This document shows, one piece after another, positions 56,051 through 64,000 of a stretch of 64,000 nt of DNA (position 1 is its first letter; each line of letters opens with the position of its first letter). Position numbers and translations under genes: made by a program. The stretch lies in NCBI GenBank assembly GCA_934476545.1, contig CAKSOB010000001.1, positions 96,986-160,985 on the forward strand. Reading direction: 5' to 3'. Under the pieces are notes generated by a model. It was not told the DNA's origin, searched no databases, and saw only the letters and a program-made list of their open reading frames with translations. Source of the DNA: an uncultured Eubacteriales bacterium (GTDB lineage Bacteria > Bacillota > Clostridia > Oscillospirales > Acutalibacteraceae).

Positions 56051-58552
56051 ATGAAAAAGCGAATATTTTTAAAGCGCATTGCGCCTATCTTGGTGGTGTT
56101 TTGTATTTTTGCCACCGTTTTGCCGGCGACAACGGCAATGGCAGCCTCGAAAATCACCCTGAAAAGCGGTGCGGCGGCACCTTCTACGGTTTATGCAGGG
56201 CATAGCTATACCTTAACGGTAAAAGGGCAAAATGTAAAGTTTTATTCCTCCAATAAAAAGGTTGCCACGATTGGTGTGAGTACCGGTAAAATGAAAGTAT
56301 TGTCACCGGGAACGGTGAAGATTACCGCTAAGAGTACCAAAACAGGCAAAGCAGTTGCCGTCAAAACCTTTAAGGTGAATCAGAGAGCGACAAGCATTAC
56401 CACAAACAAAAGTGAACTTTATCTATCAAAAGGCAGTACCGACACCCTTGTTGCTACAATAAAGCCGACGACCTCCACCGATGTGATTCGTTTTTACACC
56501 GATGATAAAAATATTGCAACGGTTGGTGCTACTTCCGGAAAAGTTACTGCGAAGAACAATGGTAAGGCTACCATCAAGGTGTATTCCAAAGCAACTAAGG
56601 CAACAGCAAACAGCAGTAAATATAATAAAGTTGCCACGGTAACGGTCTATGTAGGCGATTATATCGAGTCTGCCGATTCTGATAACGACTATGTATTTTT
56701 GAAATTTAAGGGCAACAATGTACCGGATACCAAGGCAAGCGATTACAGCATTGTGCATAAGGAAACAAAGGCAACTTTCTCTGTGAAGTCTGTGTCTAAG
56801 CAAAACGGTCAAGTTGTTTTGCAATTGAATACAAAATTGCAAGATGGAAAAGAGTATACTGTAACGTATGGAGACTACTCCTCTGCGGATTTTACCGCTT
56901 GTGACGGCAGCGTAAAGGATGTTCTCATTACTCCGTTGGAAATTGTCCCCGGAAAAGCAACACCGATCCGTGTGCAAACCATGACGGCAAAAGGCTTGGC
57001 GCCGATCAATACCTATTTCCTAGGGGAACTGGCAGGCAAAGGATTAGAATATCGGTTAGAATCGATCAGCAGCGGCGGATATGTCAGCGGAAATAAATTA
57101 TATCTGAGTAAAGAAGGCGACAACGCAAGATTTAAAGTAACCTATCATACTTACCGCTATGAGGGCGGCAAAGAAGTGGGTGTGATTGAAAAAACCTTTA
57201 TCGTTACTGCAAAGAAGGACGCCACAGAGCCGGAGCCGGAACCCATTACCTATGAAGTAAAGCAGCTTTACTACACCTATACCGGCGGCGCCGATGACTA
57301 TGTGAGTGTCATTTTCAATGAGGATTTGCCACAAGACCTCAAGCTGAAAGCAACCGATTTTTACGCATTTAAGGCGCCGACCATTGTAAGAGCAACCGAT
57401 GTGGTTGTCAGCGGAAACCGTATGGTGATTACCATGCCGAGCAGCAGTTTGGTGAACGGAACCACCTATACACTGGCTTGGAGAAATAGCCCGATTTTCC
57501 CAAATCAACCCTTGGGAACCTTTATCGTTTCTAAATATGTATATTACCCGCCGGCACCGATTCCATACAAGGCAGAGCTTTCTTGCATCGCTGAGAATAA
57601 AGAAAGCGTGAACGGTATCAGAATCACACTGAACAAACCGTTGCCGAGCGACCGTACATTAGATACAAGTGACTTTACCATTCAAAAGAAAGTGTCTGAA
57701 TCAGAGGGAGTTTCTTCCGAAAGTACCTCATCAGAAGTTCCTGCGGAACAAGTAACGATAACAAAAGTATCCAAAGGCGCAGATGGAAAAACCATTGACT
57801 TGACAGTAGATGGCAAGCTGGAAGTTGGTGCTAACTACACAGTATCTTGGAAAAACAGCACCGTTTTGGATAAAGAGGTTGTAGGCGATATTACCATAAA
57901 GCGGTATACAGCACAAATTACCAGTAAGGTTCAGGATAACGGTTATACTTGGGTTGCAGCAATATTTGATGAACCGGCACCGGATTCTTTTGAGGCTGCT
58001 GACTTTGTAGTAAAAGATCGTTCCGGAAATATGATTGAAATCGCTTCAAGGGGAAAAATGACCAAAGGCGTAAATTTACATATTAAATCTGATAATCTGA
58101 CAGATGGAACTTATTCAGTATTTTGGAAAGGACAGTATTTAGGTGAGTTTACCCATCAGACGTTGACGGTAACCAATGTTAGTTATGAGAATGCGATATT
58201 TTCTTTTGGTGAGCATAGTTTTCCGGAACCAGGAAACTATATTGTAATCTCCTTTAAGGAAATCCTGCCTGACGGATTCTCTCCGAGCAGTAGTAAATTT
58301 ACTGTTGAAAAAAGCGACGGAATTTTGATAAAACTGAATAATTCTGTACTAGTAGATCGTGACAACAACAGGATTGGACTACTGCTAAGCGGTGAAACAT
58401 TGGAGGACGATACTTATACCGTAACATGGAGCAACACTTCGGGAATTATCCCTGGGTCAAAAAAATTTACCGTGGAGAACGGTAAAGGAGTTTCTCTAAC
58501 CTCTCTTGAAAATCACAATGAATCCAGTGTGGATGACACCGTTTCGGAATAA
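56051..58552 (+). CDS. Secreted multi-domain surface protein B (paralogue of A; signal peptide, two Big_2-like domains, at least six further Ig-like modules)
   Basis: MKKRIFLKRIAPILVVFCIFATVLPATTAMA signal peptide. About 60 percent identity to A, by eye, over the first ~230 aa. Repeated modules of the form (D/S)DF(T/V)V...DG.TYTV.W. No anchor motif seen. Confidence 0.75.
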   Translation: MKKRIFLKRIAPILVVFCIFATVLPATTAMAASKITLKSGAAAPSTVYAGHSYTLTVKGQNVKFYSSNKKVATIGVSTGKMKVLSPGTVKITAKSTKTGKAVAVKTFKVNQRATSITTNKSELYLSKGSTDTLVATIKPTTSTDVIRFYTDDKNIATVGATSGKVTAKNNGKATIKVYSKATKATANSSKYNKVATVTVYVGDYIESADSDNDYVFLKFKGNNVPDTKASDYSIVHKETKATFSVKSVSKQNGQVVLQLNTKLQDGKEYTVTYGDYSSADFTACDGSVKDVLITPLEIVPGKATPIRVQTMTAKGLAPINTYFLGELAGKGLEYRLESISSGGYVSGNKLYLSKEGDNARFKVTYHTYRYEGGKEVGVIEKTFIVTAKKDATEPEPEPITYEVKQLYYTYTGGADDYVSVIFNEDLPQDLKLKATDFYAFKAPTIVRATDVVVSGNRMVITMPSSSLVNGTTYTLAWRNSPIFPNQPLGTFIVSKYVYYPPAPIPYKAELSCIAENKESVNGIRITLNKPLPSDRTLDTSDFTIQKKVSESEGVSSESTSSEVPAEQVTITKVSKGADGKTIDLTVDGKLEVGANYTVSWKNSTVLDKEVVGDITIKRYTAQITSKVQDNGYTWVAAIFDEPAPDSFEAADFVVKDRSGNMIEIASRGKMTKGVNLHIKSDNLTDGTYSVFWKGQYLGEFTHQTLTVTNVSYENAIFSFGEHSFPEPGNYIVISFKEILPDGFSPSSSKFTVEKSDGILIKLNNSVLVDRDNNRIGLLLSGETLEDDTYTVTWSNTSGIIPGSKKFTVENGKGVSLTSLENHNESSVDDTVSE

Positions 58553-58572
58553 AATCAAAATTTAAGCATAAC

Positions 58573-58601
58573 AAAAGACCACCCTTTCGGGTGGTCTTTT
58601 T
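58573..58601. terminator. Bidirectional intrinsic terminator
   Basis: A4-GACCACCC-TTTC-GGGTGGTC-T5 between convergent genes. Confidence 0.8.
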
Positions 58602-58611
58602 CAACAGGATT

Positions 58612-60333
58612 TTAAATTTTTGTCAAATACTGTCCGGCAACATAATAATACTTGCCGTCCTTTTTAATTTTGAACCATTCCATTCCGTTGGCAGAGCGGT
58701 TTGCGCCCTTTACCACATAAACGGTTTCGCCGTCATAAAGGGTGCCTTTTACGGTGCCGGCATAGCCGGGAGCAGCACGGTACTTTATATCGTCGGTTGC
58801 TTGGTATTTTACCAAGGTTTCATTAGATGCGTTGTTGTTATTGTTGTTGCTTGTGGACTTATTTTCGTAGGATGGAATTTCATAAGTTACCTTTGCCAGT
58901 GGGGTACCCATCTTCTTGGAAGCAACCGGGTCGGTTGGGTCCCAAGTCATGCCGTTGCCGTATTGCAGATCCGGAATCTTTGGCTTGGAAAGGTAGCTGA
59001 TAGTGGACTGGGAATCGGTGTTGGTGATGGTGGTTTTAATGCCATTTCCGCCTGCGTGATCATAGACCCATTTTTCATCCCGAACCAACAGACGGATGCA
59101 GCCGTGAGAAGCAGGAGAGCCAAGGGTGTAGTAGTCGTATTCCGGTACGTTATACTCGTTGGCTTGGGCGCATGGAATGGAGTGGAAGAAAATTCCCTCA
59201 TACACATGAACGCCGTATTGACCCCAGGACGGACCCATCAGTTCCTGCCACTTAGTTGTTTTGTTAGAGTAGTAAACGCCGGTAGGGGTAGGGGTGCTTG
59301 CTTTACCCGGAGAGCAAATGAATTTTACGGCAGCGATGTTGGTTACGCCGTCTTTGCCGGTAGCCAGAACGGTAACGGTGCATTCTTTGAGGCTAACCAC
59401 CAGTTCATAAGGACCGGTGACATCGGAGCGATTGCGAACATCTTCGGACAGAACGCCCTTACTGCTGAAGTAGTAGCGATATTTTCCGAGCTTTTTCCAA
59501 CCGGTAGCGGCAGCGCCGTTGGACTGGAGATAATACCGATTGCTGCCTCTCCGTGTCCAAACGCTGCTTTCCATTGCGCCGTTGGTATCGAAGTGATAAA
59601 TTTTGTTGCTGATGGTTTTCCAACCGGTGCGCATTTCGCCGCTCTTGCCGAAATAATAGGTTTTGTTATTGATAGTTTTCCAGTTTTGCTGTACGGTGTA
59701 GCTGCCGGTAAAGTAGTATGTTTTTTGGTTGATGGTTTGGAACCCTTTTTTGCGGAGTTGTGCGCCGGAATTCTGGAAGTAATATTTTTTACCGTCAATG
59801 GTTCTCCAGCCGGTGCGCATCTCACCGCTGTTGCCAAAATAATACCGCTTGCCGTCGATGGTGCGCCACATGGTACGCATTTCGCCACTATTGCCAAAGT
59901 AGTATTTTTTACCGTTAATGGTTCTCCAACCGGTGCGCATCTCACCGCTGTTGCCAAAATAATACTTCTTACCGTCAATGGTGCGCCACATGGTTTCCAT
60001 AACACCGTCTTCGTCAAAGTAATATTTTTTGCCATCGATGGTTTTCCAACCGGTAACAGGATTTCCTTCGCTGTCTGCATAGTAGCGGCTGCCGTTTCGG
60101 GTGTTCCAGCCCGGTTTCAGCGGTTCAGCAGGCTCACTGGGTGTTTCCGATGAATCGGAAGAATCCGGTGTATCCGATGTGGTTCCATCGGAGGTGGTGG
60201 AATCGGTGGTATCAGTAGAAGAGGTTGTTTCGTTTGTTGTTTCCGCTGCGGAAGCAACCGTAGCACAACCCAAGGAGGCGCTGGCACACAGCGCAAGGAG
60301 TAAGGCGAGCAGTTGTTTCTTTTTGTTTTTCAT
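58612..60333 (-). CDS. Cell-wall-binding-repeat protein with an L,D-transpeptidase (YkuD) catalytic domain and a C-terminal SH3-like domain
   Basis: Signal peptide MKNKKKQLLALLLALCASASLGC, a T/S/D-rich linker, about 10 CW_binding_1-type repeats (GW.TI.GK.YYF...G.M), the YkuD active site SPASHGCIRL, and an SH3b-like end (YRAAPGYAGTVKGTLYDGETVYVV...WFKIKKDGKYYYVAGQYL). Confidence 0.8.
   Translation of the reverse strand: MKNKKKQLLALLLALCASASLGCATVASAAETTNETTSSTDTTDSTTSDGTTSDTPDSSDSSETPSEPAEPLKPGWNTRNGSRYYADSEGNPVTGWKTIDGKKYYFDEDGVMETMWRTIDGKKYYFGNSGEMRTGWRTINGKKYYFGNSGEMRTMWRTIDGKRYYFGNSGEMRTGWRTIDGKKYYFQNSGAQLRKKGFQTINQKTYYFTGSYTVQQNWKTINNKTYYFGKSGEMRTGWKTISNKIYHFDTNGAMESSVWTRRGSNRYYLQSNGAAATGWKKLGKYRYYFSSKGVLSEDVRNRSDVTGPYELVVSLKECTVTVLATGKDGVTNIAAVKFICSPGKASTPTPTGVYYSNKTTKWQELMGPSWGQYGVHVYEGIFFHSIPCAQANEYNVPEYDYYTLGSPASHGCIRLLVRDEKWVYDHAGGNGIKTTITNTDSQSTISYLSKPKIPDLQYGNGMTWDPTDPVASKKMGTPLAKVTYEIPSYENKSTSNNNNNNASNETLVKYQATDDIKYRAAPGYAGTVKGTLYDGETVYVVKGANRSANGMEWFKIKKDGKYYYVAGQYLTKI
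59449..60111 (-). repeat. Coding array of imperfect repeats of about 60 bp (20-aa cell-wall-binding repeats)
   Basis: Repeated TGGCGCACCATTGACGGCAAG..TATTATTTTGGCAACAGCGGTGAGATGCGCACC-like units on the coding strand. Confidence 0.8.
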
Positions 60334-60385
60334 AAGGCATTTCCCATTCCTTAACATAAAAATCAACCCAATGTTGTGTAATTTC

Positions 60386-60414
60386 ATTATAGCGGAAACC
60401 TACTGGGAAATCAA
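60386..60414 (-). promoter_or_regulatory. Sigma-A-type promoter of the L,D-transpeptidase gene (TTGATT-17-TATAAT on the minus strand)
   Basis: -10 at 60386-60391 and -35 at 60409-60414. This places the first ATG of the track ORF (60387) upstream of the likely transcription start, which supports the ATG at 60333. Confidence 0.55.
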
Positions 60415-60567
60415 TGAAAATCAGTGGGAAATTCCGGGGATTTTTATGAATAAAAGATAACAGGAAAAAAGGCAGCGACCCCTGTGATTTTTAATGCAAT
60501 TTTTCCCTTGATATGGTACAATAACAAAGAAAAAGAAAGAGAAACGTCACGAAAGGAGAATTGAATC

Positions 60568-61947
60568 ATGAGTAAAACCTCAGAGGAAAAAACGATTGCC
60601 GCCATTGCCACAGGACAATCGCCGGGCGGAATCGGCATTATCCGTATTTCCGGCAGCAATGCACGGCAAGTGGCGCAGAAGGTATTTCGCTCCAAGAGTG
60701 GACGATCCCTGTTGGATGCAAAGGGATATACGGCGCAATACGGTCATGTGTTTGAGGGTGATATCCTGTTGGATGAAGCAGTGGCATTGGTATTTGCCGA
60801 GCCTGCCAGTTTTACAGGAGAAGATGTGGTAGAGCTTTCTTGCCATGGGGGCATGGTCATCTTGAAAAATGTGCTGCGGGCAGTATTGTCTGCCGGTGCT
60901 GCGGCAGCCGGACCGGGTGAATTTACCAAGCGAGCTTTTCTGAACGGCAAGCTGGGCTTGACCGAAGCAGAATCGGTAATGCAGCTGATTAGCGCCAGTG
61001 GTAATCAATCCGCAAGAGTTGCCTTGGCAGGACATGACGGCGCACTGGAAAAACGAATCAATCAAATGAAAGAACGGCTGCTTCATGCAGCGGCGCACTT
61101 ATCGGCGTGGGCGGACTATCCGGAGGATGATATTCCGGAGTTAGACCCGACGGTGCTGCGTGGAGATTTGCAATCTGCCAAGGAAGATTTGGAAAAGCTC
61201 ATTGGGCAGTTTGATGCGGGCAGAGCCATTCGAGAGGGTGTGGACACGGTCATTGCAGGACGACCAAACGTAGGAAAGTCCACGCTGATGAACTTGCTCA
61301 GCGGCTGCGAACGTTCCATTGTAACCCAATATGCCGGAACGACTCGAGATGTGGTAGAAGAAACCGTATTGTTGGGCGATGTAACCTTGCGCCTTGCAGA
61401 CACCGCCGGTATCCGTATTACCGATGACCCGGTAGAGCAAATCGGCGTAACCAAAGCCAAAGACCGCATTGCGGCAGCGCAGTTGGTGTTGGCGGTGTTT
61501 GATTCCACGCGTCCTTTGACGGAAGAGGATCGAGAGCTGATGGAAGCCACCAAAGAGGTTCCGGTGGTTGCCATTGTGAATAAAAGCGATTTGGAGCAGA
61601 CCGCAGAAATGGCGGAGATTGCGGAACACTTTGACCATGTGGTATTTCTTTCTGCCAAAGAGGGACATGGCTTGGAAAAATTAGAGCAAGCGGTGGCAGA
61701 AGTGCTGCACACTGCTGCCATTGACCCTTCGGAGGGCATTTTGTTTACCGAGCGGCAGCGGGATGTTTCCCAACGGGCATTGGCAGGGGTAGAGGAAGCC
61801 TTGTTTGCCTTAGAGAGCGGTATGACCTTGGATGCCGTTACCGTTTCCTTAGAGGGTGCTATCAGTGATTTGTTAGAGCTGACCGGAGAGCGGGCAACGG
61901 AAGCGGTTGTGGATTCGGTATTTGCACAATTTTGCGTGGGAAAATAA
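60568..61947 (+). CDS. mnmE: tRNA modification GTPase MnmE (TrmE)
   Basis: G1 GRPNVGKSTLMN, G3 DTAGIR, G4 NKSD and the C-terminal FCVGK motif. Confidence 0.95.
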   Translation: MSKTSEEKTIAAIATGQSPGGIGIIRISGSNARQVAQKVFRSKSGRSLLDAKGYTAQYGHVFEGDILLDEAVALVFAEPASFTGEDVVELSCHGGMVILKNVLRAVLSAGAAAAGPGEFTKRAFLNGKLGLTEAESVMQLISASGNQSARVALAGHDGALEKRINQMKERLLHAAAHLSAWADYPEDDIPELDPTVLRGDLQSAKEDLEKLIGQFDAGRAIREGVDTVIAGRPNVGKSTLMNLLSGCERSIVTQYAGTTRDVVEETVLLGDVTLRLADTAGIRITDDPVEQIGVTKAKDRIAAAQLVLAVFDSTRPLTEEDRELMEATKEVPVVAIVNKSDLEQTAEMAEIAEHFDHVVFLSAKEGHGLEKLEQAVAEVLHTAAIDPSEGILFTERQRDVSQRALAGVEEALFALESGMTLDAVTVSLEGAISDLLELTGERATEAVVDSVFAQFCVGK

Positions 61948-62140
61948 AAGAGCGATTTCCGGTAAGATTACATTTTTATTTTGCGTTAGCGATAAAAGTA
62001 TGCTAAAATAATTAGTTAAGACAATCGTGCCGACCGGCGGAATATTTTCAACGGTTTGCAAGGAATTTGTTGAAAATAAAGGTTGTCTGGATACCGACCA
62101 AGGGGAGCCTTGGGAAGTTAACAGGAGCGAGGTTTTTTAT

Positions 62141-64000
62141 TTGAAATATGATGCAGGTTATTATGATGTTGTGGTAATCGGTGCCGGTCATGCGGGAATT
62201 GAAGCAGCCTTGGCAGCCGCACGGTTGGGCTGCACAACGGCAGTGTTTACCATCAACATGGATGCAGTGGGAAATTGCCCCTGTAATCCATCCATCGGCG
62301 GAACCGCCAAAGGACATTTGGTTCGGGAAATTGACGCGCTGGGCGGCGAAATGGGTCGCACAGCAGACGCAAGTTTTATTCAGAGCCGAATGCTGAACTT
62401 GGGCAAAGGTCCGGCGGTACACTCTTTGCGGGCACAAATTGACCGGAGAGAGTACAGCAAAATCATGAAACACAAATTGGAGCAGACAGAGGGACTGCAC
62501 CTCCGGCAAGCAGAGATTACAGAGCTTTATCCGGAGGGAGATCTGTGGAAGGTGGTCACACGGCTTCACGGAGAATTTACTGCGAAAGCGGTTATTTTGG
62601 CGACCGGCACGTTCTTGGGCGGTCGAATCTATGTAGGCGATGTAAACTATGAGAGCGGTCCCGATGGAATGTTCCCATCTGCGTTTTTGGGGGATTCCTT
62701 GCGGAAGCTGAATCTTTCTTTGCGACGGTTTAAAACAGGAACACCGGCTCGTGTATTGCGTTCTTCTATTGATTTCTCTAAGTTGGAGGAACAACACGGT
62801 GATGACCCGGTGGTGCCGTTTTCTTATGATACCGATGAGCCGGGCGAGAACCGTGCCATTTGCCATATTGCATGGACAAACAGTGAAACAAAGCGGATCA
62901 TCTTAGAGAACATTCATCGTTCTCCGCTGTATAGCGGTGACATTGAGGGTGTCGGTCCTCGGTACTGCCCAAGTATTGAGGATAAGATCGTTCGCTTCTC
63001 CGGAAAAGAGCGGCACCAAGTGTTTGTAGAGCCTTGCGGCTTGGATACCGAGGAGCTGTATTTGCAGGGGATGTCCTCCTCTTTGCCGGAGGATGTGCAG
63101 TTGGCATTTTATCATTCCATCGAGGGAATGGAGCAAATGCAAATTATGCGTCCGGCATATGCCATTGAGTATGACTGCGTAGATCCGCTGCAACTGGAGG
63201 CAACATTGGAGTTTCGAGAGCATCCGGGACTTTACGGCGCAGGGCAGTTTAACGGCAGCTCCGGTTATGAGGAAGCGGCGGCACAGGGATTGATTGCCGG
63301 TATCAATGCAGCACGAAAAATCCAAGGGAAAGCACCACTGACCTTGGATCGTGCCAGCTCTTATATCGGCACCCTGATTGATGATCTCATCACAAAAGGC
63401 TGTACCGATCCTTACCGGATGATGACCTCTCGCTCCGAGTATCGACTGGTTCTGCGACAGGACAACGCAGATGAACGACTGACACCCATCGGTCGGGAAA
63501 TCGGGTTGGTTCCGGATCGTCGTTGGGAGCGGTTCTGCGAAAAGCAGGCGCAAAAACAAGCAGAGCGGAAGCGTGTGGAAAAGCTGGTGCTTTCTCCAAG
63601 TGATGCGCTGAATCAACTGCTGACCGAAGTCGGCACCAGTCCCATTACCACAGGGGTACGAATGGTAGAGCTGCTGCGTCGTCCGCAGTTGACCTATCGG
63701 ATTTTAGCACCCTTTGACCCCGACCGACCCGACTTGCCCGACAGTGTATTCGAGAATGTAGAGATTGAAATTAAATATGAAGGCTATATCAAACGGCAGA
63801 AAAGCGACATTGAAGAAATGCGTCGCTTAGAACAAAAACTTCTGCCTAAAGATGTAGATTACACCACACTTGTTGGATTGAGAACGGAAGCACAGGAAAA
63901 ATTACAATCCGTTCGTCCTGCAAATATCGGTCAGGCATCCCGTATTTCCGGAGTTAGTCCGGCGGATGTGTCGGTTTTGCTGATTTGGCTGAGCAAACGG
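62141..64000 (+). CDS. mnmG: tRNA uridine 5-carboxymethylaminomethyl modification enzyme MnmG (GidA); 3-prime end beyond the window
   Basis: Not in the ORF track (no stop within the window). My translation from TTG 62141 is MKYDAGYYDVVVIGAGHAGIEAALAAARLGCTTAVFTINMDAVGNCPCNPSIGGTAKGHLVREIDALGGEMGR... The frame stays open to 64000. Confidence 0.9.
   Translation, partial: MKYDAGYYDVVVIGAGHAGIEAALAAARLGCTTAVFTINMDAVGNCPCNPSIGGTAKGHLVREIDALGGEMGRTADASFIQSRMLNLGKGPAVHSLRAQIDRREYSKIMKHKLEQTEGLHLRQAEITELYPEGDLWKVVTRLHGEFTAKAVILATGTFLGGRIYVGDVNYESGPDGMFPSAFLGDSLRKLNLSLRRFKTGTPARVLRSSIDFSKLEEQHGDDPVVPFSYDTDEPGENRAICHIAWTNSETKRIILENIHRSPLYSGDIEGVGPRYCPSIEDKIVRFSGKERHQVFVEPCGLDTEELYLQGMSSSLPEDVQLAFYHSIEGMEQMQIMRPAYAIEYDCVDPLQLEATLEFREHPGLYGAGQFNGSSGYEEAAAQGLIAGINAARKIQGKAPLTLDRASSYIGTLIDDLITKGCTDPYRMMTSRSEYRLVLRQDNADERLTPIGREIGLVPDRRWERFCEKQAQKQAERKRVEKLVLSPSDALNQLLTEVGTSPITTGVRMVELLRRPQLTYRILAPFDPDRPDLPDSVFENVEIEIKYEGYIKRQKSDIEEMRRLEQKLLPKDVDYTTLVGLRTEAQEKLQSVRPANIGQASRISGVSPADVSVLLIWLSKR

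Noticed and set aside
59449-60111. Regularly spaced ~60-bp repeats that superficially resemble a CRISPR array
   Set aside because: The repeats are imperfect and contiguous without unique spacers. They lie in frame inside a CDS and encode 20-aa cell-wall-binding repeats. No cas genes are nearby.
58591-60153. 520-aa plus-strand ORF
   Set aside because: It is antisense to the CW-repeat/L,D-transpeptidase gene. The open frame results from the repetitive, stop-poor coding repeats on the other strand.
62048-63616. Two minus-strand ORFs (272 aa and 237 aa)
   Set aside because: They lie antisense inside mnmG, whose FAD-binding N-terminus (VVVIGAGHAGIEAA) and open frame to the window end identify the real gene.

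Overview
This window is the replication-origin region of an endospore-forming Firmicutes (Clostridia-like) chromosome, oriented so that dnaA lies on the minus strand. Gene orientation flips at about 50.5-51 kb. To the left, mostly on the minus strand, are dnaA-dnaN-yaaA-recF-remB-gyrB-gyrA, mreBCD-PBP2, a degenerate minD-like gene, mgsA, hisS-aspS, glgP plus a GH13 enzyme, tRNA-Arg, ktrB/trkH, spoVAE, gpr-spoIIP with divergent rpsT, and a complete pstSCAB-phoU-phoPR operon. To the right, on the plus strand, are rpmH-rnpA-yidD-yidC-jag, then a 6.9 kb surface-protein insertion, then mnmE-mnmG. DnaA-box-like 9-mers cluster on both sides of dnaA, giving a bipartite oriC. A four-gene teichoic-acid/polysaccharide module (TagF-like, TarI-like, SDR, pyruvyl transferase) sits at 23.3-28.1 kb. 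No mobile element, CRISPR array, rRNA or recognisable defence system was seen. The observations most worth follow-up are: (1) an ORF-less unit of roughly 450-520 nt at 13.3-13.9 kb, with phased A/T tracts, a perfect TTGACA-17-TATAAT promoter, mutually exclusive helices and intrinsic terminators, which is a candidate large structured ncRNA that I could not assign to any known family; (2) two paralogous promoter-leader-gene-terminator cassettes for anchorless multi-Ig surface proteins, plus a cell-wall-binding L,D-transpeptidase, inserted between jag and mnmE; (3) a relic MinD-like ATPase where minCDE-rodA normally sits; (4) a glycogen phosphorylase with a 77-aa K/T/A/P-rich basic tail. All protein calls come from motif recognition by eye on the supplied translations. 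No database search was run.
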